A stretch of DNA of 64,000 nucleotides from NCBI GenBank assembly GCA_022605425.2, contig CM061249.1, positions 1,113,746 to 1,177,745 of the forward strand, given 5' to 3'. The number at the start of each line of letters is the position of its first letter. The stretch's first letter is position 1. The notes beneath the pieces were generated by a model. It was not told the origin of the DNA. It made no database searches and worked only from the letters and a program-made list of their open reading frames with translations. This document shows, one piece after another, positions 1 to 12,224 of this stretch. The position numbers and the translations under genes are program-made. Origin of the DNA: Hamiltosporidium tvaerminnensis FI-OER-3-3 (Eukaryota; Fungi; Microsporidia).

Positions 1-268
1 GAGCAAGAATAATTTATCATGTTTTTACATGGCAATTACCTACATAATCAACTGCGATCTTCAATCTAGTTAAATAAAAAACTACAAATAAATTTGTAGA
101 AAAAGTTTCTCCATTTCTTAGACCTCTTCTCCTCCTACAAACTTCCTTCGAACAACCGAAGATGCATTGTGGTTTTATTCCCATTAGAAATCCAAACAAT
201 GGTCTTTACATCAGTTTTACACACTCATTGCCAAGCAGAAATTTTTTTATGTGGTTATCTTCTCTTCA
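1..268 (-). repeat. Copy of the ~715-nt structured dispersed repeat (5' part; continues off the left edge)
   Basis: Matches 40990-41255 and 22735-22987 (catgtttttacatggcaattacc; aaaactacaaataaatttgtagaaaaa; gcagaaa...tatgtggttatc). Confidence 0.9.
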
Positions 269-597
269 CTATAAATCGTAAAAATACTCATTTATTTTTA
301 TATTATTATTTTTATATTATTAGATTTATTTCCTTAGAACTATTTTAGTTTAAACCAGAATATTTATAGAATCTAAAATTTCGTCTATATACATAAAAAT
401 GTTTCTTTTATAACTTTATAGATATCAAGAAAAGTATAAGCTTATATAGTTTTGCGTAGAATCTTAAAAAAATACGATATTGAATTAGGTTACGAATTAA
501 AATGAATATGTATAGAATATCAATGGAATAAAACATGTTTTAAAAACGGTTTATTACGAATATTAAAAAAAATATTTTATTCTATATTTAGAATAAA

Positions 598-2215
598 ATG
601 CCATATTTAGTAAATATGTTCGTTCTTAATTTATATTTTTTAAATTTCATCTTGGACCTGTTTTATAAAAAACAATTGCTTGGTTTTATATATTTGCTGT
701 GTTCTGTTCTAAGTAAAAAGAAAAAGAGAGTATTAAACAAAATACAAGAATCAAAAGAAGTTGATACATCATGTGACGATGAAAATACTACACATGTTGT
801 ATATTGCAATGTCTCTGAGTATTTGATAGAATATGCGATATATTATGAATCACGGCTAGAAGCGTTTTTCGAATATTCTAGGAACTTTATAAATAACAGC
901 CACGAGGAATCAAATATAATTGCCGTTAAAAATATCCGTTATAGCATTGAAAAAGGCGAAAAAAATACTTTTCGGAACATGAATTATATGAAACCTATTA
1001 TGCTAAGCGTCTAGGAATGATCGAAAATTATATATTAAAGTTATGCTTAGAGTTGGTACATTTCAACCATTGGGACCGAAATGAATGGTCAAAGTCTAAA
1101 AAGTTTTTAGAAGATTCACTTAAAGATTACCTTGTTAAATATCCGATAGATGTAGCATTAGGCGGTAAAATGCTGAGCCAAACACCAATAAACCCAAAAA
1201 GAAAAATGAAAGAAATTAACGAGATAATTAAAGCTATTTCAGAGAATAAAGAATTAGAAGAATTTATTTTTGTTCAATTTGCGCATTTTTATGTGTCCTT
1301 TTTTTACAGGTCAATACTGGAGTTCTTGGGTTTCCACCGCTTTCTCGTATTCTCGGTTCCAGTAAATTAAGTGAAGCACGTAAGGAGAATAAAAAATCGG
1401 AAGTGTATTTTAAATCAATTAGGAATATTTATTCTGCTAAAAAGTGGAATTTTGTGCAAAATTTGTTTGAGAACAACTACAAAGATATCGATGAACATAA
1501 AATGAATTTAATTAGGAGGAATGGATTGTTTGGATTCCGGAAATCTCTTTTTAGAGGGTTTAGGAATCCATTTGACAGGTTAAACCAGTCTATGTTGAGC
1601 ATTTATTCTAGCCATTATTCATGGAATGTGTTAAATGATTCATTTACGAATTGCATATTTCCAAGATTCAATATCTTTTTTAGTGAAACCGAAATGCCTA
1701 CTTTTGATTTTTTAAATATGTCAAGGAGAATCAATATGACTGTTATTCTTCAATCAGAGCCCTCATTAGTGGTTTTCTTGGAATATTTCATCAAAAAAGT
1801 CGATGAAAAATATTTTTATAAAATCTTTGTTGCAAAAGATACATCTGAAAAGAAATCTCAACTTAGAAAATTGATAGATGGTATTTTTAAAGCAATAAAA
1901 AAAATAGAGCCCTTAAATACAGAAATATCAATTGGTCTTTACAATACATTGATCAATATTTCAGTTGATGTTCATATTACTTTTGTTTTATATAAATTAG
2001 ATTCCAGACTCTTCCCGTTCTTGAAAAACGAATTATTGAAGAATATAAAATCCGAAAATTTAAAGCAGAAAGTAAAAAACGAAATATTTGGCAATTCTGA
2101 GATATTCAATGTTTTTTTCGATTTATACAAGACATGTTTCTTAGAATCGACGGATACATTAAAAACATTGAAGCATGTAAAAGAAGTCGAGTTTATAGAT
2201 TTGCCTAATGAATAA
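598..2215 (+). pseudogene. Secreted-protein family copy A, frameshifted (ORFs 598-1014, 1017-1370, 1403-2215); may be intact in vivo
   Basis: Near-identical to the 539-aa ORF at 24491-26110. Both breaks are -1 deletions in homopolymers (A7 vs A8 at ~959-965; T7 vs T8 at ~1299-1305). The Met21 codon of the other copies is CTG here. Confidence 0.85.
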
Positions 2216-3359
2216 AAATTATCATTTTCTTAAATTTTAATATTAATATTGTTTTTTGATTTGTAATTTCTGCATTCAAATTCGATAACGTAGTTTTAAA
2301 ATATTTAATTGCAAAAAATATTCATTTTCTTCTCTATAAAATGGTAAATTTATATTTGGTTTTAAAACACAATTAATTTCAGCAATTAATACGAATTACA
2401 GAAATATTATAGATTATAGAAGGATATAATACCTCATTTAAATTATGATCATACAACTCAAATTTTCGTAGAATTGTTTTCTAAAGAACATGATAATTTG
2501 TTTATCCGTAAGCTTTCCACATTACAAAAGAAATTATCTATTAGTGCCATAACTATTTGATAGCTGTTTTCTACACGAATATATTTTCATCTTTTCTTTT
2601 AATCTGTTTTTTTTCTAGTTCCTTGACATATATTCTTTACAATTCAACAAAACACGGGTAAGCAGACAAAAATTAATAAGATATGAAAAGTTCCTCAAAT
2701 CATTGAGTGTGTTTATTACACGGAAACCATAGAAGCTTATTTTTAGAAACTAAAATAGTCTATGTGTGAAAATCAATATTATTACAAGAAAATTTTTGTC
2801 AATAGAATGAAAATTATCAGTGTTAGATGGTATTAAATATTCTTTTTCTAATCATTCTATCAAAATATTCAATTCTTACTTTTCTAAAAAAACGTTGTGA
2901 AGTCTTTTCTGATAAAAATGTAAACTACTTCATACATTTTTCTTGTTTCTAAACTATTCTTGTCTTCCAATAAAATCTACTGAATTGAATTTTAGATTAG
3001 ATTTAAGCATATTTTCGTTTTACGGTACCCCTTTATGAGAGTGTATGTTTTGCTATATTGCACTCGCAGGGTCTCGATAACGACTTTATTTCCTCTACAC
3101 GTGTCCTCAGCTGTCTTACCAAACCTCCCCAGTTCATTTGTAATTACCCATCTCTGCGCGCATTTTTATTATAAACGAACCAATAAAAATGATATGCATT
3201 GAATATGTAACGACAATTAAGATTGCCGCTAAATGAAAATTACTGACTATTGTTTCTATGTAGTTTTATTGATGGTTTACATAAGTAACTCGCGACTTTA
3301 ACTTAGTTCTGATTAAAATTCTTTTTTTGTTGAGGGTTTATCTTTTTAATATCGCTCCA

Positions 3360-4180
3360 GGATGAATGTGGAACGTCGCATGAATCTTTGGTTTTTGCAT
3401 CATTTTAGAAAAAGTTTATTTCGGATCTATAGGTATGTTGTGTGTTTTAAGGACTTGTATGAATTTCGAGTGGTTATAAGTGTCTTAAGTGCAAGTCTTT
3501 TATTAAATTGTATAAACGGCATGAGTTTCTTGATGAGTTTTCGCATCAAAAAGGTTTCCTCTCATCATGGGAAACAGAGGAACAGGTGTATCTCATGGTT
3601 TAGTAAAGTCGATTGTGAATTGTGGAAATCTTTTAAATGCCTAAGTTATTTTGCGTGATAAGAATCAGATTTAAGTGATATATGAACTGTGTCAGTCAAG
3701 TGAATAATTTGTGTGTAACCAGGTTAGTTTTTTGTTTAAGTGTTTGAAAATATTTATGAACGAGACTTCCACTAGGATTCGTCGTGAAAGAAATGTAGTT
3801 GTGCTTGATTAAAGCGAGTTTGGAAAGAAAAGCGCATACAAACTAAGCGGATTAAGTATTAATTAGTGTTTGTTGACATGGAGAAGATATCTAACAATTT
3901 ATATCTTCTAGTTGTCGAATTGATGGATAAGAAGACTCTTTTAAGGATATTAAGGCAACGATTAGATCAGTAAACATTTATCGTTTTGGATCGCTGGGAC
4001 TTATTCTCCTCTAAAAGATAAAACCTGTCATCATTTCAAAGTCAACCATACCTTTGAATTAAAAACTCAAGAATAATGTGCATAGAAACGCAATAGAAGG
4101 AATATGGTGTGCCATTAAAAAGGAAAAGCCCAATCGAGTTGTTACTAACTAGCTCGAAGCCTAACTCGCAGTGTATTAAT
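3360..4180 (+). mobile_element. Degraded Merlin/IS1016 (ISXO2-like) DDE transposase remnant
   Basis: Hand translation gives VVVLD*SEFGKK (~3795-3830; cf. VEIDESKFGKRKY), DKKTLLRILRQR, HFKVNHTF (~4031) and VHRNAIEGIWCAIK (~4078-4120; cf. HTNxIExxWxxxK). It contains stops and frameshifts, and the ends were not identified. Confidence 0.8.
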
Positions 4181-6829
4181 AGCTATATATTTTCTAATAA
4201 TGACAATCTTATGAAAACAACCATTAGGGAAATATAAAAGAATTTACCCTCCCCCGCTAGACTAGGGATATGATCTAGAAACTGCTAAAATATCATGAAT
4301 CTTCACTGATAATCAGAACTGCAGCTTAAAATTCTTATGAATTTATTTAACTTAACGTTTCGAAATCTTTGTTGTTTCTTGTATTTTTAGTATTTCTTTA
4401 GAAGCGTCATTTCAGTTTGGTAACAACACTATGTTAGATGTAACTTTCTATTTCCTTTTAAAGCTTCTGTAATTTGGGTGGAAATGATAAAATACAGGTA
4501 TTGACTGTAATATATTGATTTTTACCCACTTTCCATTTGGAAATGCTATTTTTTTGATTATTTGCAAGGATAAGTAAATATTAAATTTACCTATTATTCC
4601 TATAAATCACCTAATATTACTCATTCATAATTATTTACTACATGTAAAATCCTTATAATTGTTTTTAAATAATATTGCAGAATGTTTCGGATATGAACTT
4701 AATCAAATTAGATGGTTTCTTTTTTAGATTTTGCTTTTTTGTTTTCCAAACCTATGCGAAGCAAGAAATATAGTGTAAACTTTCTCTAACTACCTTGGTC
4801 GTCACATTCAATGTATAAATTCATATTTATTGGTTTGCTTTTTTTCTCCTTTTTTTGATAAACTTTCTTTTCATATAAAATAAATGTATGTAACTGTATG
4901 CACAATAATGTAAATTATAAAAACAGCAGCGAAAAAAGTCTCGAACAACATATTTAAATACCGGAAAGTATCAGTGATTGTTAAAAGAGTCGAAATATCA
5001 AATCAAATTTCTAAAAAGTTCTAGATTCTAAGGGAAATTGACATAATCACAAAAGTTTGTTGAATCTATTCTATGATCAAAAGACTTTAGTATTATAAAT
5101 ACTTCGTTGAAATTTCCACTTGGCTAACTTCGGTATTTCAAGTTGTGTAATCTCTTTCGGTTCATAAAAATAGACTCTTATTAACATTCAACGCTAATCT
5201 ATGCCACAAATCATATATTTAAAGCCGAACCCATATGTGGAGTTTGCCCATATAGGAACCAAAAGAAAGCTTTTTTAAAACCCTTCATAAATAAGTTTTT
5301 ATAAATTAAAAATCTTGATTCTGTTTATCTTCTGCTGAAATTCCAATAGGATTAAAATATTGTTTTATTTATATAGTTTTTAGAGGGGAATTTGTGCAAG
5401 AATAAAATTCAATGAAGGTCGTTTTAACTATTTTAAAGTAAAATTGATAAAACACTAACTAGCCGATATAAATAAAGCACATTCTAATTTATCTTTCACG
5501 ATAAAAAGAATTTTTTTAGGAAAAACAAAGACTAAGAGTTACAAACGAAAAATTGTGTTATAGAGAAGGCGATAACATTCATAAAGAGGCAGTTGCTTAA
5601 GACTATTTTAAAACAAAAAGCTATATTTGATTCTCTTTACATACCTGATCACAAAAAATTTAGGCGATGTATGAACACCCTAAATCTCCATTCATAGGAT
5701 TTAACGGTTAATTAATCAACGAATATATCTCGAAATATATAAACTGCAAGAAATTTTATCTTTTAAGCTGGAATTCGCAAGTTATACCCATCATTGCGCG
5801 ACATTTGTAACATATTGTGAAGATGAATTGCGTTGATTTAAGAAATTATACTAAGGAAAATAACAATATAGATAGATTGTGAACATTTTGGATTGCTATT
5901 CCGAATTTTTGTTTCATTTGCATTAAAAAATAAAATAGCCAAACATCATGTCTGCTTTAAAAAATATTTAAATACAAAGGCACTCCGATTGTTGTACAGA
6001 GCGAATACGGCAGAGAATCTAACATTTCCTTGTTTTGGAACTTCTAAATTTATCTAACGTTAGTTTTGGGAGAAAAACCAAGACATCACCAGAATCAAGG
6101 ACAGGTAAAAATAGTAGATCGAGAAGTAGTACAAGAACATCAAAGCCCTTATTTATCTAAAAAAATAAGTTGAAAATACATGATAATATTGTATTTGAAT
6201 ACGATATATCATGAGAAGACTAATAAACATTCCCTAAATTCTGGGATTTAGAAGTCAATTGGCTATAAAAATATTGCATTACCCAGTCAATACAATAGAG
6301 TTAGGTGAATTTTTAATTTAATATAAAAAAACCACATATTGAATATAATATAGAAATTATTGGAGAAACAAACTTTATACAATTTATAGTAACCTTGAAT
6401 TGCAGTTCACTATTTAGGACATAAAAGAGTTGATATAAACTATAGAGACATTTATAGTTTGAAATTTTAAAGATGCTGATTTTTATTGCCACTGTTTCGC
6501 ATTAAATCCAGGGGACTGGTTTTTATTCAATGATTTTTTTATACAAATAAATTGACCTAAAAAAAACAAAATTTATAGTTTGAATGAAGAAGAACCTGGA
6601 TTATTTTTTCAAAGAGTTTGCTCTGACAGTTTTAGAGTCCGTGATGAAAACGATCCTGGTAATTAAAATTTATCTCTAAAAACAGACTAAAGAAAACAAA
6701 AAAGTTAACAGAGCTTGCACCTATCGTTTATTCTTCATATTATCATTTGTTTACTCCTTTTATTTTTTATTATCTTGTTTCTCATTTTTTTTTGAAGTTT
6801 GTTTTATCTTATTTTTTGATAATTTATTA

Positions 6830-8578
6830 CTCCCTCCGTCCGGTAATATGGTATACATTTTAGCGATTTTTTTGACCGAAAAAATAGTATATATTTGTGA
6901 AAAAATAAAATAAATAAAAAATGTACATGACAAGTCAACTATATTACCTTTATTTGAAACATTTTAAAAAATATTAATCTAAATATTAAATAAAATTTAA
7001 AAAAATAAACATTAATATTAATAAGTTCACTCGAAATTTGATTTGTTTTATTGTATGCTTCTTTGGAAAATACATATTTTTCTAGCCAATGACCTTAGAG
7101 ACGAGGTTTTCCTTTACTTAAATGAGGTATTTTATAGCCATTTCCTCCATCTGCTAACATAATTGACCCCATACGTGCTTGCAATCTTGTAAAAAAGTTA
7201 TCGAGAGTATTCGCTTCTAATCTATGAAATGCATCTTGAACACCTATATTAATTCGTCAATTGTGTGTGGCGAAACTTTATCCTGCAGCGATTGTATGGA
7301 GGAAAAAACCTAAATCGAGAACATTTAAATCAGAATAATTTGCTGTTGCGTCTTAAATTTAATATTCCAGCCAGCAGCAGAACCAAGAGCGACAATATCT
7401 GCACCTTAATCAGAAAAATGAGGTTTTGCCTTGTCTTCTAGTAAGTAAATTGTTTTCTTTTTGTATGCTGGCATAAATTTAGATTTAATTGCGGGAATTA
7501 CATTATCAATGATCATGTTTTTGCAATGTACTGCAGTAACAGATTCCCCATTTTTTGTTATCATTGTTCTTTTAGCTCTGTTCTTAGAATTTCTTTGAGC
7601 TAGTTCTTGATAAAAAAAATGGCCATATTCCAATTTTTCCATCAAAATAAGGCTCTCGATGTGCATCCTAGCGCGGTTGAGCCACTGCAGCCCTGAAAAT
7701 TATTTTTGTAATAAATGGCTTTCTTTTGCTGTTTCTATCCGGTTTTTCTTCGTTTAAAATTAAGTAATAAGGGCGCTTAACTTATGTTAGATAAAACCAC
7801 TTTTCATCAATGTGAACGCAGTCGTACAAATCATCAAAAAGCAAATCTCTATTATTAGCAAGATTTACTTTAGAAGCAAAAGTTCAATCTGTCTATTTTA
7901 TTTTTATCTGTTAAAGTTGGTTTAACTGTAGAAGATATTTTCTTGCTATACTTTCCCGATTTGAATATATCAAACAAAGTTGATTTTGGAATATCAATTG
8001 CAAAGGAAAGACTGCGAAGCGTTCCTCGGCGATTTAATGGTGTATTCTTTATTTGCGCTAAATTGTTCGAATAATCTTTAGGTTTTCTTCCGCCTCTTTT
8101 TTTCATTTTTAAAAAAACATCGGCACATATCTTATTCTTTCTGTATTGAGTTTGTGCTGAATGCCAAATTCAGCTAACGTTTAGCCGGGAAACTTGAAAG
8201 GCAGAAGAAACTTCGTTTATGGCACCATGTTTTAACTTATTCTCCTTCATCTGCTGTAATAATTTTTCTAAAATACCTGACGTTGTTCTTTAGTTAACTG
8301 TTTATATTTTGAATCTTTTCTTTCTAAATTTAACAGATTTCATACCACATTTTCCATACTCGTCTTGCAGCGATACTAATTTTATTTACCTCAAGAAATA
8401 CTGAGCTTTGAGCGGTAAGTTTTTAAATAAGAATGATATTACTTAAGTCAAATATTTTAGGATATATTGCCATGAATATTTAATATGACAATGTCATGAT
8501 AGTTGCCTATTTATTTTTATATTCACGATAATCTACGATTTTTGTTGAAATGTATACCATATTATCGGATGGAGGGAG
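6830..8578 (-). mobile_element. Tc1/mariner DD39D (plant-mariner/Stowaway-type) DNA transposon, full length, transposase inactivated
   Basis: 31-bp TIRs CTCCCTCCGTCCGGTAATATGGTATACATTT with 2 mismatches; TA TSD at 6828-6829 and 8579-8580. Minus-strand motifs VHIDEKWFYLT, FDGKIGIWPF, EDKAKPH and DLNVLDLGFF are broken by frameshifts and stops. ORFs 7406-7666 and 7870-8106 are fragments of it. Confidence 0.95.
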
Positions 8579-11500
8579 TATTATTTAGGTATAAGTTTGT
8601 ACATTGGGGAAACGACGCTCTATGTGGGCCCGACATTTAATGCTGTAATTCCAAAAGTTACAACTATGTTTAACGTATAAAAAAGATTATAAAATATAGA
8701 TATTAAAAAACTGCACTAAATTGATAGAAATAATAGATTAGAACCTCAATAAAGTTTCTAGGAATAAAATAGAGCAGCATAGTTCAAAAAAAAATTTCTT
8801 TTTCTTGCTTTCACGACCGTTTTAATAATTCACTTTTTTGAAGACTGATTGTTGGTAAAGAAGCAGATAGAAGTGTATTCTATTGAAGGAGCATCTATTC
8901 CGTCATTTCGGATCTAAATTTTAAAGGTTTATTATTGATCCTAGTGATTACATTCATTCTCCTTCACCGATTAATTTAATTAGATATGCCTACAACTTTC
9001 TTAATAACTGATAAAAAAGAAATTTTGCTGCAGAAATACCTTTAACCTTTAAAATTTATGAGAAGCATTATAAGAACAAATATCGAATCGATTTTTTCGT
9101 TGTCTATTTTTTAAGATAAAGTTCCAATAAAAAAAACTTGAATCGATTAAAAGATTAAAGAGCACATTTCAATTTTTTTATCTTCATTGAATTTATAAGC
9201 CGAGTTATCTTGATGTTTCAAAAGCATAACTGAATAATTGAGGTTAATTATATGTTATACTTACATAATAAAGGATATTTGGTTTTAGTTTTTTAAAAAA
9301 AAATATGTTGGAAGGTAATTACTATACAGATACTGGTATAGAATCTTAACAGAATTTTTAAAGCGATATAAAAGTATACATTTTAATAACATTTTAGGCT
9401 GGTTTATATTGAATTAAGAAAAAAAACCAGTTTCTTTCTTTTTTTTTCGAATATCTGTTGCTTCAAAGGGACTATCGGAAATAATATGGGACGTTAAAAT
9501 ATATTGAAATAAAGTATCTATGAAAACCAAAGTTTTAGACTACATATATTCTCCTATTTTATTTCTTTCCTATAGATCTATCCGATTTCTTATTTACTTT
9601 AAGAAAATGCGATCGTATATAAAATTTGCAAATTTCTATTTTTTAAACAAATTTAGATAACTTATACATAAAAAATTTATAATAGAAATATTTTAAAGTA
9701 CTATCATCTTTTAAAATCAATGATACATAAGTAAAAATGCAAGGTTTATTATTTTGAGTCAAATAATTTTCAGAAAAATCTGTAATATTGCATATGAAGT
9801 AAATATTTATAGATATAATTATAGATAATTTAAATTATTGAGTGTGAACACATTTTATACATTAGAATATTAAAATAGGTTAATCACATTAGGAAAATTC
9901 TAATATTTTAGCTTACGTAGATTAATTTCATAAACATATTGTGTCATTCGTGAACATATAATTATTTACTGACGAATATAGATAATATAAATAGTAGTAG
10001 TATGTAAAGCAATACAAGAAGCTTAATGGATTTATTATAAATGCAACAAATATAAAATAATATTTAAACTTTACGTTTTTTCTTAACCCGATCTCGGTTG
10101 ACTTTTGATTAATACCGGGAAAAAAAATTAAATGTTTTTACCATTAGATAACGAATTGTATATAATATTCAAGCTTAAATAAAACCATCTTAAACAAAGT
10201 TTACATTTTTTAATATAAAGTTCCAATAATTCTAAAAACAACGTACTTCGAGTTTTACATGTAGATTCTTTCTAAAAATAAATTCATCAAAGTAATCATT
10301 TAACGTAATTTAATGTTAAAATTATGTTTTAAGTGGGTTTTTCCAAATCTCTAGAATGAAATTTTTTATTGTATTTGTATGAATACCTGATTCTGATACA
10401 AAATATGTTAAATAGTTCACATTGTCAAATAAAATTTTTGGTTCTCTCTGAATATTGATAAGTTTTACCAGTGCTTATCGTAGTATACTTTACTTATTAA
10501 AGAGATAGAATTATAAATATCATTTTTTAAAATACTCAACGTTCTTTTTGGAATAATTAGCGCATTAAATTTTCTTTGCTGTTTTCGAAATAGCGTAAAC
10601 TCTGATTTTTGAACAAATAGACGATGTCGATCATACTTTCTTCTGGCTAAAACAGTTTCTTCTATTTAAACTATTTCTTCGGGTCGACCAATTCTTTCCA
10701 AAGGAAGAAAGGCTATTGTTTTGTTATAATCGATCTCGGCTCCTTAAAAGAGAATGCTATGGGCCATCTGTAAAATCATGATGGATTGCTTTTATACCAT
10801 GACATGGTAATTAAAATTTAAATTTTCAAATGATATAAATTATATCTTAAATTCAAATTTTGGAGTTTTCAATTGAATTTAAATAATATTCGGAATGTTT
10901 TTTTATCACAAAAAGAACAGCTGAAACCAATTTTTCCTAGAAAATGAATTGTGCGTTGAGAATTCTATTACATGCAGAACATGAATAAATCAAATCAGAT
11001 TGTTCAAATAGAAAATTCTACCTCAATTCACTGATGTGTCTTATTTGAATTTTGTAAATTTGATATATAGCTCTCCACCATCAATAAGTATCATATGAAT
11101 AAAAAATGCATACTTTTAATTCAGTAAAGTTTCCCACAAAATTTAAATAAATATTGAAATAGTATATATCATAAAGTTTTAATTTTTCCATTTTAAATTC
11201 GCTATTAAGGATAAGAATATTTAATTTTTTTCCCTTCGGCCTTGATCAAAAGTGCAAACCGACTCTCTAATCATCTGATTCAAGCAAATCAGGGAGCTAA
11301 ATAAATTTTTAACTAACTATAAGAACTTTAACAGGGATAAAACCAATCTCTATGATCGAGAATGATTATCGAATCAAGTCCACCAAATCATGAATATATT
11401 ATAGTCAAACGATACCCAGTTTGGCTATAAATAATTATATTGACCGAAAAATGCATTTCATATTGAAAACGGAATCCAATTCACGAATTCCGACATTAAA

Positions 11501-11642
11501 TTATTGATTTATCTAAAAACGACTTTCATTTCAATTTAAACGCTAAAATATGAATCAGAAAAGCACAAATTTTCTTTTAGTATACTAGAATTATATTTGT
11601 GAAAATAAATGAATTTTTGATTAAATATTTTCTATAACTAAT

Positions 11643-11775
11643 AAAAAATAAAAATAAAAAATAAAATTCGGTTTATTTTCCTTAAGATCAGCCAAATCTA
11701 CAACACACAAAATTCCTTATAAACCGACCCGGCTATGTATAGCCACCATATCCGCAATCGGACTTCGGTTCTAGA
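11643..11775 (-). mobile_element. Short retroposed insertion (probably the 3' end of a non-LTR element or SINE) with a 16-bp TSD
   Basis: ATTTTCTATAACTAAT is duplicated at 11627-11642 and 11776-11791 and present once at the paralogous empty site (~26441-26456, reverse strand). The minus strand ends in AATAAA followed by a (T4-6A)n tail. Confidence 0.8.
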
Positions 11776-12062
11776 ATTTTCTATAACTAATGATGTAGTT
11801 ATTTGATACAGTAAAAAGTGCGTTACTTATATTTTTTCTGTTCTTAAAAAATTATAAATTATTAAATAATTTGTGTGAAACACGATAAATTTAACAAAAA
11901 GATAAAATAAAAAAAATAACACTATTACACGGTTGAATATAGTTATACGTTTCAAATTAATGAAAATCTTCTTTTTTAGACTTTGAAATCTATTAAATAA
12001 AAATTTAAGAAAAAATATTTATTTTTTAAAAAAATCATTTAATAATTTATAATTTGATAAAA

Positions 12063-12147
12063 ATGCCATATTTAGTAAATATGTTCGTTCTGTATTTATA
12101 ATTTTTTAAATTTCATCCTAGCCATGTTTTATAAAAAACAATTGCTT
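12063..12147 (+). repeat. Truncated extra copy of the family 5' leader upstream of copy B
   Basis: atgccatatttagtaaatatgttcgttctg...cctagccatgttttataaaaaacaattgctt repeats the start found at 12225 and 26110. Confidence 0.9.
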
Positions 12148-12224
12148 TTTTTATATTTTTAGAAAATTTGAAAAAAAAATAAAATTTTGCAAAAAATCAT
12201 TTAATATTCCATATCTGGTTATAA

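Larger units (their letters stand above)
11255..12224 (+). repeat. Duplicated upstream block of family copy B; inverted homolog at 26111-26828
   Basis: Colinear high identity with the reverse complement of 26111-26828, apart from the 133-bp insertion and the leader duplication. Confidence 0.9.

Noticed and set aside
17-199. Similar short ORFs at 17-199 and 22724-22921 suggesting a small protein family
   Set aside because: Both lie in the 715-nt repeat; the frame is not preserved in other copies and start and stop positions differ.
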